Counted from the first letter of the stretch, positions 9,416 to 17,263 are shown. The stretch: DNA of 32,000 nt from Candidatus Saccharimonadota bacterium (GCA_016700015.1 CP064995.1:420001-452000); one strand, 5' to 3'. Translations and numbers: made by a program. Notes: a model not told the origin generated them from the sequence alone.

Positions 9416-9443
9416 TTGACTTTCTCTCGCCAGGTGCTATAGT
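9416..9443 (+). promoter_or_regulatory. promoter of GC-rich cassette 1
   Basis: TTGACT (9416-9421), 16-nt spacer, TATAGT (9438-9443). Confidence 0.6.
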
Positions 9444-9481
9444 ATATTTTGTTCTATCCCGCACTAGCGAAAGGGAACACC

Positions 9482-10081
9482 ATGGCACCTGCCACGAACC
9501 CAAACAGCATCCGAGTTGAGATGCTGAGGGCTGGTATCGCCGAGGCGCAACGCCTGCGCGATAAAGCGCTCAGCGACAACCGAACCTGGCTGTTCTTCAA
9601 TCGGCGCGCGCAAGAGATGCAAGCCGAGCTGGATGTGCTTGAAACGCCCAAGACGGCGCAGCCATCCTTGGAGGAGCTGCTCACTGCGCTATATGGCTCT
9701 ACCGTTCCTCTTGCCGAACCCACCGACTGGGACGAGACATTCGAGCGGCTGTATGGCAGCGCCAGCGCCGCTTTTGAGCGCTTTCTCGACACGGCTGGTA
9801 AGCGCATGATGGAATTGACAGAGCAGCTTAACAGCCTTGGTGAAGTTGCCGCCGACAAGGCGACCGATGCCGCCGGGGCCGCACAGGAAGTGTTCGGTGA
9901 CGACATCGACGACCTGGCAAAGGCTCTCGAACAACTGCAGGCCACGGCCACCAGCCAGGCCGAGCGAGCGCTCGATGGTGCCTTGGCCCGCTTGGCAGGT
10001 ATCGCCAGTGGTCTGGCCGAGACGCGCGAGGCCTATCGTCAGCGCCGGGCTGAGCGCCAAGCTGGCAACCCCACGTCCTGA
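9482..10081 (+). CDS. hypothetical acidic, Ala/Glu/Leu-rich helical protein (199 aa)
   Basis: ATG 9482 lies behind RBS GAAAGGGA. Third codon positions are G/C-biased in this frame. There is no TM segment and no known motif. The overlapping ORFs in other frames are GC artefacts. Confidence 0.6.
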   Translation: MAPATNPNSIRVEMLRAGIAEAQRLRDKALSDNRTWLFFNRRAQEMQAELDVLETPKTAQPSLEELLTALYGSTVPLAEPTDWDETFERLYGSASAAFERFLDTAGKRMMELTEQLNSLGEVAADKATDAAGAAQEVFGDDIDDLAKALEQLQATATSQAERALDGALARLAGIASGLAETREAYRQRRAERQAGNPTS

Positions 10082-10089
10082 GCCAACAT

Positions 10090-10130
10090 GGCGGCATTGT
10101 GTAGTAACCCTACGCAATGCCGCCTTTTTT
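10090..10130 (+). terminator. intrinsic terminator of cassette 1
   Basis: An approximately 15-bp stem GGCGGCATTGTGTA/TACGCAATGCCGCC followed by TTTTTT. Confidence 0.85.
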
Positions 10131-10137
10131 CATTATC

Positions 10138-10170
10138 TAAAAAACACCCCCATGTATCACATGGAGGTGT
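10138..10170 (-). terminator. intrinsic terminator of the ABC exporter gene
   Basis: The minus strand reads ACACCTCCATGT-GAT-ACATGGGGGTGT followed by TTTTTT. Confidence 0.75.
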
Positions 10171-10194
10171 CACAGGAACGAGTCCCAACACTAC

Positions 10195-11985
10195 TTAAGC
10201 AACATGCTCACTGCCAACCTCAAGCGCATTCATGCGCCGATAGGTGTCGCTGGCGACAAGCAACTCGTCGTGACTTCCACTAGCGCTAATTGCGCCTTGC
10301 TCCATCACCACGATCTGATCGGCATTCCGCACTGTGCTAAGGCGGTGGGCAATGATAAACACCGTACACACTCGCCTAGCAATCAATTGGTCAAGCGTCT
10401 CTTGCACCTCGGCTTGGCTCATCGCATCGAGTGCGCTGGTAGCTTCGTCAAGAATGAGAATCGCTGGCTTCATGATCAGTGCCCGGGCAATCGCTAGGCG
10501 CTGCCGCTGGCCGCCACTCAGTGTCAAACCGTCTTCGCCAATGCGCGTGTCGTAACCACCGGGTAGCGCCTCAATAAACGCGTGAGCGCCGGCCGCTTTC
10601 GCAGCCGTCACTACTTCATCAAGTGAGGCATCCGGACGCGCGATGCGAATGTTGTCGGCAACCGACCGGTTAAACAGCTCGATTCGTTGGTTCACGGTGG
10701 CGATCATTTCGTTGCGATACCGGCCGTAGTCGATATTGCGTAGATCAATGCCATCGATCGTAACGCTGCCATCAAGCGGATCATGCTCGCGACCGAGCAA
10801 TCTCATGAGTGTACTTTTGCCACTACCACTTTCACCGACAAGCGCGAGTGACGTAAACGCCGGTACATTCAGCGACAGGCTACAGATGGTTGGAGTATCT
10901 GCCTGGTAGGCAAACGTCACCCGCTTAAACGACACCGCACCTTTCATGACGCGTGGCCATTGGGGCGCAAGGGTGTTTTGCACTGTTGGCGCCGTATTCA
11001 TGAACTGTAATAGTTCACGTAGTGCCTCTTGACCACGACTTAGCACGCGCTGAAAATCGCTAAGGCGCCAAAAGTTACTATACGAGCGTTCCATCCAGGT
11101 AGCGGCCAGCACTAGCGAACCGAGCTCAGGCGTGCCACCACTTTGCAGCGTAACCACGCCCATAAGGGCATACAGGGCACCGCGGCTTAGTAGCAATACA
11201 TCGTCTTGGACCGACAAACGCTTACTCCACGCACGGTGGCGGGGGTATTCGTCGTGCCAAAACGACCGCAGCAGTTCTTCGTTGTAGTCGGCGAAGTGCT
11301 CCTCCATACCGAGCGACCGAATGGTTTGCCAGTTCTTGGTGAGCTCGCTGCCGTTATCTTCTACCTGTCGCATACGAGTTTGAAATTCCTCGCGGTGCGG
11401 TCGCATGTGACGCTCGCTGCGGTAGAGTACCAGTCCGTAGACAAGCATTGTCGCCACACCAAGCACACCGAACTGCCAACCGATAAAGAACATGAAGATG
11501 GTCGTAAAACTGATGCGCAGCAACACCGGTATAGTGTTAAACAGCGCTTCATCAAACAGCTCCTGGAACCGCGTGACGTTTTTGCCAACCATCGACTCTT
11601 TTTCGCCTGTGCTATGACGTGTGTGCCAATCGGCACTTTGGCGGAGGAGTAGCCGGTTGCCATACCCCCACCAAACACGCCAACACCCCCAGAACACATC
11701 GTTGCGATGCAGTCCCATGCGATTAGCAAATAGCTGTCCCAGTTTGTAAAGTACGACGATGCTCACCGCGTAGGCGAACACACGGCCCAACCAGGCATCC
11801 TGACGACTGGTCAATTCGTTCATGATATACATCACGGGCAGAGCTTGGAGGACTTGAAACACTTCAGTCAGAAGCATCCAGGCAAACGTGCGCATGATAG
11901 CACGACGAACAACCGGTAACTCAGGGGCAATGGTAGGATCGGCTGCCATGGCGCGCAGTATTTGGCGCAAATGTGTAAGCAGCAT
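10195..11985 (-). CDS. ABC exporter, fused permease/ATPase (MsbA/multidrug type)
   Basis: Walker A GESGSGKST, signature LSGGQRQR, Walker B ILILDEATS, and an N-terminal 6-TM-like domain. The start is set at ATG 11985, behind AAGGAGG and 7 nt. Confidence 0.9.
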   Translation of the reverse strand: MLLTHLRQILRAMAADPTIAPELPVVRRAIMRTFAWMLLTEVFQVLQALPVMYIMNELTSRQDAWLGRVFAYAVSIVVLYKLGQLFANRMGLHRNDVFWGCWRVWWGYGNRLLLRQSADWHTRHSTGEKESMVGKNVTRFQELFDEALFNTIPVLLRISFTTIFMFFIGWQFGVLGVATMLVYGLVLYRSERHMRPHREEFQTRMRQVEDNGSELTKNWQTIRSLGMEEHFADYNEELLRSFWHDEYPRHRAWSKRLSVQDDVLLLSRGALYALMGVVTLQSGGTPELGSLVLAATWMERSYSNFWRLSDFQRVLSRGQEALRELLQFMNTAPTVQNTLAPQWPRVMKGAVSFKRVTFAYQADTPTICSLSLNVPAFTSLALVGESGSGKSTLMRLLGREHDPLDGSVTIDGIDLRNIDYGRYRNEMIATVNQRIELFNRSVADNIRIARPDASLDEVVTAAKAAGAHAFIEALPGGYDTRIGEDGLTLSGGQRQRLAIARALIMKPAILILDEATSALDAMSQAEVQETLDQLIARRVCTVFIIAHRLSTVRNADQIVVMEQGAISASGSHDELLVASDTYRRMNALEVGSEHVA

Positions 11986-12501
11986 AAACAAGCCTCCTTG
12001 TGTGAGTAGGGTTAGAGTAATGTTGGAGTGATCACCTGCGGGATTGCCGCAAACGACCACCTATGAGTTAAAGCTACTATCAATCTTGAAAATATCTTGA
12101 TATCGCCTGATATGACAGTAGGCGGGAGATGTTTGCAAGATAGAACGTACCTTACAAACAGGTATTACACTGCGCCCACTGTACCGAACATAATTGTCGC
12201 CATTACGAATTGTCCTTTCCATTAGAATTGATTGAAAATGCGCCATATCCCGCGTGGTGCGAGCCCCCAGCTTTATGGGGCGCCTGGCATAACTTGCATT
12301 ACATCCTGTAGTTACAGGGGTAATAACAACCGAATTTTGTATACGATTCTCCCGTGCCTATGATTTTGTTAGTGGCATTCGCTAGAGAACGTCGATGTTT
12401 TCCCCTATAAAACTACACGTGTTTGTGTGCAAGATATAACGCTCTTTCCATACTAGCACACTTTTTTACTTTTGTCAATAGGTAGAGTATAATCGAACCA
12501 C

Positions 12502-13569
12502 ATGCATCACTTCGACGCCCATGATCGCGCCACTATGGTGGCAGCCCGCAGCCAAATCCGTGACGCAATGAAGCCTATTGCGGCTGATATCGCCCACGGA
12601 GTGCCATCATTCGAGGGATTTGTTCTTTTCCAGCAAGATGTTTACCACACCGATAGCGCTGGCGCGCTGACACAAGTCAATAACCCCTATATACCTGCAG
12701 AGCGACTCAAGTTCCAGCAAGAACATATCGCCAATCGTCGCGTCGACCTACAGGTCTCAACACTCGGTCAAACATTCACAAATGGAGCGTATAGGCTGGA
12801 AGAAAGTGCTATGAACCCCAACCACCTCGTGGCAGGCATCCATATTCCAGAGCAGATAGGCAGTCGTGCTGCAAGTGTATTTCAACTCGCATTTACCAAA
12901 TCACTCAGCTCTCCAGCCCCTGATCAACTTGCTGCAATAGAGCAGTACTGGCGGCACATTGAGCCTCAGATCCTGCCATATCTGACCAAACTACATCACT
13001 ATGCCTCTCGTTACCCAAACTGTTCTGTTAGCGACGCGCTCTTGCTTGACACCCCTACCACCCCAAATGCCTTTGTTGTTGCCTGGGATACCTCTGGTTC
13101 ACGTCAAATTGCACATACACGCTACCCACAACTGCGTGATCACCTCACCCGGTCTGGCGCAATCTACCACCAGTTCGTCAAAGACTATGGTGGCCGCTTA
13201 CTGCGCCCAACTGGCGACGGTCAGGCGTTTGCCTTTGAAATTCCGTCGCCACAATACGATAGGCTCTCAGACGCCTCTATCGCTAAATTCGCTTATCGCA
13301 CTGTAGTACCAGCAATCAAACACATCCTATCTGCGACAAATAGTAGTCCGGCTGTACGTTTTGCGATTGGACTAGGCCGCATCGAGCACACCACCTTCGA
13401 CACCAGTAGTCCAGTACTATGGGAACTTGCCGATACCCTCGACAGCCTACCGCGTAATGAGCTAGTAGTCGGTTTCACCCCGCGCGTACTACAGTGCCTC
13501 GGCGTCACCGCGCAGGAACTCGACCGGCTTACATCTGAACATATTCAAGCGCGTATTATTTTGCCGTAG
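12502..13569 (+). CDS. hypothetical protein with degenerate class III nucleotidyl-cyclase-like C-terminal domain
   Basis: AFVVAWDTSGSRQIA, GGRLLRPTGDGQAFAF, VRFAIGLGRIE and VLWELADTLDSL align by eye to the cyclase blocks FxDIxGFT, GGxxxKxxGDxxMxxF, RIGIxxG and GDxVNxAxRLES. The N-terminal 190 aa are unknown. TATAAT lies 8 nt upstream of the ATG with no SD. Confidence 0.45.
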   Translation: MHHFDAHDRATMVAARSQIRDAMKPIAADIAHGVPSFEGFVLFQQDVYHTDSAGALTQVNNPYIPAERLKFQQEHIANRRVDLQVSTLGQTFTNGAYRLEESAMNPNHLVAGIHIPEQIGSRAASVFQLAFTKSLSSPAPDQLAAIEQYWRHIEPQILPYLTKLHHYASRYPNCSVSDALLLDTPTTPNAFVVAWDTSGSRQIAHTRYPQLRDHLTRSGAIYHQFVKDYGGRLLRPTGDGQAFAFEIPSPQYDRLSDASIAKFAYRTVVPAIKHILSATNSSPAVRFAIGLGRIEHTTFDTSSPVLWELADTLDSLPRNELVVGFTPRVLQCLGVTAQELDRLTSEHIQARIILP

Positions 13570-13590
13570 CACAATAGCTTAGCACAGTCA

Positions 13591-13679
13591 TTGATTATTT
13601 ATATATTATATGATATAATTATAATGATGCACGCGGTTTTCGCGTGTAGTTCCCCAACAATCCGAAAGCGAGGTATGGA
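13591..13679 (+). promoter_or_regulatory. promoter plus 5' UTR hairpin module (copy A)
   Basis: TTGATT (13591-13596), 17-nt spacer, TATAAT (13614-13619). Then hairpin CACGCG-GTTTT-CGCGTG (13630-13646), ACAATCCGAAAGCGAGG RBS and ATG 13680. Confidence 0.65.
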
Positions 13680-15035
13680 ATGCGAGTTCGCATTCTGGCA
13701 CTCCTGGCCACCCTGATGGTCGTCCTGTTCGTCCTGCCGTCGGCGGCACACGCCGCCGATTACTGGTCCGGCCCAGCGTCGGCCATCAAAGCCGGTAAGC
13801 ATGTCGTGGCCGACCCGAACCTCAAGCTCATCAGTGACGCCGATAAGGCTGCGCGTGAGCAGCAGGTAGTGGCGTCGGGACGCGCCATCTTCGCCGTCGT
13901 CATCGACGAGGCGCAGGTGAGCACCGACAAGTCCACCTGGCTCAGCGCCTTCCACAGCGCCGTCGGCAAAGACGGTCTGTACATAGTGCTCAGCAACAGG
14001 GGCGCGCTAGACGCTCGCGGCTTCAGCACGCCGAATGCGGTTACTAACGCTGCTCACCAGCTGGCCGTCAACACCGGTCAGAAGGTGCAGGCCAAAACCA
14101 TCTCCGACGTCAACGGCGCCCTGAACGACATGATCGCTCAGGCCACTGCGCTGGACTGGACCGTGATCAAGACCACGACTACGACATCCGGCGCGTCGAC
14201 CACATCGTCTTCCGGCAGCTCCCCATGGGGCTGGATCCTCGGCATTGCCGGGGTGCTCGGACTTGGTGGTGTGGTGGCATGGTTCATCGCCCGCGCCAAG
14301 CGCAAGCAGCGCGAGACAGAGGCAGCAGCTGAGAATGCTCGCTGTGAGGCGGAGCGCAGGTCTGCAGCGCCCACCTGGCCAGTACCGTCAAGCGCCCCAC
14401 AGGATGCGCCCGGGCCGTGGTCTTCCACGCCGTCCGCCAGCAGCCAGCCCACGCGCTTGGTCACGGTGGACAGCTTCCAAGACCGCGTAAACCATGGCGA
14501 CGACGTGAAGTTCCGACCGCGCTCCGGCTCGGGCGGCGAGACCATCGTCTACAACGCGTCGCCGACACACCGGTGCAACCACTACTACGGTGGCGGTCAG
14601 TGGGGCCCAGCCGGGTACTACAGTGACCCGTTCTGGACGTACATGGCCTGGAACCAGTTCGTGTGGCTGTATGGGGTCAACCCGTACTACCCGCACTACT
14701 GGGACAACGGCGGACACGATTACGACCGCAGCTATGCCGATGGGTCGCGCCATGCCGATTCGTCCCGGACCTCGTCCGGCTCAAACGTCACCACCGGTGG
14801 CGAAACTGAGCCGGTTGAGACCGAGAACGACTGGAGCTCCAGCTCTAGTGGGACTTCCACTGGGCAGGAAACTACGCCAGTCGAAACCGGCTCAAGTTGG
14901 GGCAGTAGTACCCCGTCGGCGCCCGACCCGACACCGAGCTACTCCGCGCCAGACCCATCCCCCAGCTACTCGGCACCAGTGGAAACAGGGTCAAGTTGGG
15001 GAAGCTCCGACTCCGGCAGCAGCTCGAGCTGGTAG
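13680..15035 (+). CDS. GC-rich signal-peptide/single-TM protein with Ser/Thr/Pro- and aromatic-rich C-terminal tail
   Basis: Signal peptide MRVRILALLATLMVVLFVLPSAAHA. An ectodomain of about 150 aa is followed by a poly-Thr/Ser linker, a TM segment (WGWILGIAGVLGLGGVVAWFIA) with RAKRKQR, and then a low-complexity tail. A hand-counted 60-nt sample is about 62 % GC. Confidence 0.7.
   Translation: MRVRILALLATLMVVLFVLPSAAHAADYWSGPASAIKAGKHVVADPNLKLISDADKAAREQQVVASGRAIFAVVIDEAQVSTDKSTWLSAFHSAVGKDGLYIVLSNRGALDARGFSTPNAVTNAAHQLAVNTGQKVQAKTISDVNGALNDMIAQATALDWTVIKTTTTTSGASTTSSSGSSPWGWILGIAGVLGLGGVVAWFIARAKRKQRETEAAAENARCEAERRSAAPTWPVPSSAPQDAPGPWSSTPSASSQPTRLVTVDSFQDRVNHGDDVKFRPRSGSGGETIVYNASPTHRCNHYYGGGQWGPAGYYSDPFWTYMAWNQFVWLYGVNPYYPHYWDNGGHDYDRSYADGSRHADSSRTSSGSNVTTGGETEPVETENDWSSSSSGTSTGQETTPVETGSSWGSSTPSAPDPTPSYSAPDPSPSYSAPVETGSSWGSSDSGSSSSW
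14811..15032 (+). repeat. in-frame degenerate tandem repeats (PVET-x-SW-SS, APDPxPSYS)
   Basis: PVETENDWSSSSSG, PVETGSSWGSSTPS and PVETGSSWGSSDSG, plus APDPTPSYS/APDPSPSYS. The corresponding DNA repeats start near 14811, 14877 and 14976. Confidence 0.8.
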
Positions 15036-15047
15036 CCTACCTACTAT

Positions 15048-15100
15048 GCGGAGAGCGCCGCGCCTACCCACAGCGGTAGCGCGCGGAGCTCCCCGCTTTT
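15048..15100 (+). terminator. intrinsic terminator
   Basis: Long GC hairpin GCGGAGAGCGCCGCGCCTAC...GTAGCGCGCGGAGCTCCCCGC followed by TTTT. Confidence 0.8.
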
Positions 15101-15108
15101 CATTTTGC

Positions 15109-15137
15109 TTGATTTTTGCATCATTCTACGCTATAAT
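15109..15137 (+). promoter_or_regulatory. rplK promoter
   Basis: TTGATT (15109-15114), 17-nt spacer, TATAAT (15132-15137). The leader contains a 9-bp AT hairpin ACTAAATAT/ATATTTAGT (15151-15178). Confidence 0.65.
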
Positions 15138-15200
15138 CGCATTGTTACGCACTAAATATGCTTCACCTTATATTTAGTAATCAAAAGGGAACTATTCACT

Positions 15201-15626
15201 ATGGCAAAACAAGTTATTGGTAACTTGAAACTACGCATACCCGCAGGCCGCGCCACCGCTGGTCCTCCAGTTGGTTCAACTCTTGGTCAGTGGGGGCTCA
15301 ACATGATGGATTTCATCAATCCATTCAATGAAGCAACCAAGGGCGACATGGGCAAAGACGTAATTGTACACATAAAAGTGTATGAAGACCGTACCTTCAC
15401 CTGGAAAAGCCTCGGTCAGCCAGTCGATGACATGATCCGTGCTGCCATTGGCATACAGAAGGGCAGTGGCAAGCCGCATGCCGAAAAAGTTGGCAAAATC
15501 ACTCGCGCGCAGCTCGAGGAAATTGCCAAGGCAAAGATGGACCAGCTCAACGCTATCGATATGGATGGCGCCGTGAAAGTTATCGCCGGCACTGCACGCA
15601 GTATGGGCGTCGAGGTAATCAACTAG
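15201..15626 (+). CDS. rplK: 50S ribosomal protein L11
   Basis: PAGRATAGPPVGSTLGQWGLNMMDFINPFN is the L11 N-terminal signature; 141 aa. Confidence 0.95.
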   Translation: MAKQVIGNLKLRIPAGRATAGPPVGSTLGQWGLNMMDFINPFNEATKGDMGKDVIVHIKVYEDRTFTWKSLGQPVDDMIRAAIGIQKGSGKPHAEKVGKITRAQLEEIAKAKMDQLNAIDMDGAVKVIAGTARSMGVEVIN

Positions 15627-15844
15627 TGAGCGTCGTCGCAGGCTGGCAGGACATGTCGCCGGGTACACACCACCCTCAAGCACGCGTTACAATGCTCGAG
15701 AACTATTTAGCCGAACATAGCGACAGCCTTGATCCGCTCGAAATCAAACGCCTTCAGGATCACCTCGCGCGCGCTACCGAAGCGCTCAGTACGCTTGATA
15801 GCGAGCGTGAAAGATACCTTGAGGGACTCCCACATACTGACTAG
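15626..15844 (+). CDS. small hypothetical helical protein (50-72 aa; start uncertain)
   Basis: GTG 15626 overlaps the rplK stop (TAGTG). Alternative starts are ATG 15653 and ATG 15692. A terminator follows. Confidence 0.35.
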   Translation: MSVVAGWQDMSPGTHHPQARVTMLENYLAEHSDSLDPLEIKRLQDHLARATEALSTLDSERERYLEGLPHTD

Positions 15845-15865
15845 AATAAGCAGCCTCACCACCAT

Positions 15866-15897
15866 AAACACCCCGTATGCGTATGGGGTGTTTATTT
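15866..15897 (+). terminator. intrinsic terminator
   Basis: AAACACCCC/GGGGTGTTT stem followed by ATTTG. Confidence 0.7.
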
Positions 15898-15921
15898 GAT
15901 CGTGCCTTATACTGGCTATGT

Positions 15922-15951
15922 TTGACACGCATAGTTGGTATGTAGTACAAT
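15922..15951 (+). promoter_or_regulatory. promoter of small GC-rich cassette
   Basis: TTGACA (15922-15927), 18-nt spacer, TACAAT (15946-15951). Confidence 0.55.
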
Positions 15952-15998
15952 TCACAGACTCGTCGCATACTCTTGCGGCACGTACCAAAGGGAGACAT

Positions 15999-16289
15999 AT
16001 GTCCCAGCCCAGTGTGAAAAAGCTCCGCCTGGCCCTAGACGGGCTCGAGGCAACGATGGCCGATCCGCTCTCGACGAGCGAACAGGTCAACGCGGCAGAA
16101 GCCGCAGTCACCCAACTGTTCGGCGACCTCGAGGTGTTGCTGGACGAGGCTCGCACACGTTTTACTGAGCTAATGGCTCAGGGTGCAGGCGATGAGCCCA
16201 GCAGCCGACTGGAGCGTCTACGCGCCTACCTGCATCAGTTGTTTGCAGTCGACGAACCTCTCGTCGTCTCGTCAAACGACGTCGGATAG
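15999..16289 (+). CDS. hypothetical acidic helical protein (96 aa)
   Basis: ATG 15999 lies behind AAAGGGAG. The track start at 15918 lies upstream of the promoter. No known motif. Confidence 0.5.
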   Translation: MSQPSVKKLRLALDGLEATMADPLSTSEQVNAAEAAVTQLFGDLEVLLDEARTRFTELMAQGAGDEPSSRLERLRAYLHQLFAVDEPLVVSSNDVG

Positions 16290-16297
16290 GTCGCATA

Positions 16298-16343
16298 CCC
16301 CCGCACACACCCACATCGGGTGAGCGCGGGGGATTTCCATTTT
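16298..16343 (+). terminator. intrinsic terminator
   Basis: CCCCCGC/GCGGGGG stem followed by ATTTCCATTTT. Confidence 0.65.
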
Positions 16344-16407
16344 GGTACGAAACAAAATAAAGAGGGTAGCTACATCATGAAATAGGGGTATAATACTGTT
16401 CAGGTAT

Positions 16408-16485
16408 CGGGGTGTGGCGCAGTCAGGCAAGCGCGCACCGTTCGGGACGGTGAGGTCGTGTGTTCAAATCACATCACCCCGACCA
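16408..16485 (+). tRNA. tRNA-Pro (anticodon CGG), CCA end encoded
   Basis: Hand-folded 78-nt cloverleaf. Acceptor CGGGGTG/CACCCCG, D stem GCGC/GCGC, anticodon loop TTCGGGA, T arm GTGTG-TTCAAAT-CACAT. TATAAT lies at 16389-16394. Confidence 0.9.
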
Positions 16486-16504
16486 AGTTATCGATTTTGA
16501 ATAC

Positions 16505-16581
16505 TTGATTGCTGTGCCATTTTGTGATATAGTACTACAAACGCGCGATCGCGCGTGTACCTACAATCGAAAGGGGCACCA
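16505..16581 (+). promoter_or_regulatory. promoter plus 5' UTR hairpin module (copy B)
   Basis: TTGATT (16505-16510), 17-nt spacer, TATAGT (16528-16533). Then palindrome ACGCGCGATCGCGCGT (16541-16556), ACAATCGAAAGGGG RBS and ATG 16582. Confidence 0.65.
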
Positions 16582-17226
16582 ATGCCCAGCAACGCTCAGA
16601 GCTTCAGCAAATCCCTGAAACAATCAGGGCAGCGCATCAGTACCCGACGTCTCGTCACGAGCATGTTCTCGATGACCATAGGGTTGGGTGTGCGCACCAC
16701 CAGTGCTCTGCGTGGAAGCGACGTGAACTACGTGAACAACAGCCGCCCGCTGACGCCCAGACGCCGCCTCGCCAATGGTGCGGCGCTGGCTTTCACCGCC
16801 AGCGCCATGGCAGCAAATGCCTACTGGCTCTTGCAGCGACGTGACCCGGGGGTTGCGGCCAAAGCTGGTCCGGAGTACGCCGACACTTCCACTCTCGTGG
16901 GGAATGTTGTCGGCTCCATGCTGACGCTTGGCCTTGGTGCTCGAGCGCTGACCAAGGGCACGTCCCTAGTCCGCAAATACCCGACCTCACGGGTCGGTAC
17001 GGCCATCACGACCATCGGTATGGTCAGTGCAGTAGACCTTGGTGTCGAAAGCGGCCGCGAGCTCTACCGGCGCCGCGAGACAATCATGCCGGGTATCAAG
17101 ACTCTGTGGAGCAACTTGGTTCCCGCCCAACCACAACTGTCGAACAAGGACATCGACAGGCTGCTCATGGAGTACTACAGCCGCAACGCGGCTCAAAACC
17201 CTGGCCCCCAGGATGCCAAGTTCTAG
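16582..17226 (+). CDS. GC-rich hypothetical protein, probably membrane-associated (214 aa)
   Basis: Weakly hydrophobic Ala/Gly-rich segments (GAALAFTASAMAANAYWLL, VGNVVGSMLTLGLGA, VGTAITTIGMVSAVDLGV). G/C-biased third positions. No known motif. Confidence 0.55.
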   Translation: MPSNAQSFSKSLKQSGQRISTRRLVTSMFSMTIGLGVRTTSALRGSDVNYVNNSRPLTPRRRLANGAALAFTASAMAANAYWLLQRRDPGVAAKAGPEYADTSTLVGNVVGSMLTLGLGARALTKGTSLVRKYPTSRVGTAITTIGMVSAVDLGVESGRELYRRRETIMPGIKTLWSNLVPAQPQLSNKDIDRLLMEYYSRNAAQNPGPQDAKF

Positions 17227-17236
17227 GGCCCCACTC

Positions 17237-17263
17237 CCCCCGTTCCGGACTTCGGAACGGGGG
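17237..17263 (+). terminator. hairpin terminator
   Basis: 11-bp stem CCCCCGTTCCG/CGGAACGGGGG. The T tract is weak (ATTCAATTTC). Confidence 0.6.

Noticed and set aside
9454-10283. Overlapping ORFs 9454-9951(-), 9689-10117(-), 9828-10097(-) and 9837-10283(+)
   Set aside because: They lie in a GC-rich stretch where stop codons are rare. Only the +frame from 9482 has an RBS, a promoter and a G/C-biased third position. The others read as Arg/Pro/Ala-rich nonsense.
12061-12246. 61-aa minus-strand ORF in the long intergenic region
   Set aside because: It has no convincing RBS or promoter, and its composition is like non-coding DNA. A leader-peptide role cannot be excluded, but there is no supporting signal.
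12502-15035. Pycsar-like two-gene defence system (cyclase plus TM effector)
   Set aside because: The downstream protein has no visible cyclic-nucleotide-binding domain and has its own promoter and terminator. The cyclase-like domain lacks key catalytic residues. The gene pair is therefore not supported as a known defence architecture.
13599-15177. ORFs 13599-13955(-), 13760-14029(-), 14138-14545(-), 14245-14490(+), 14388-14753(-), 14417-14626(+) and 14590-15177(+)
   Set aside because: These are shadow frames of the 13680-15035 gene. They have no start signals and their composition is typical of off-frame GC-rich sequence.
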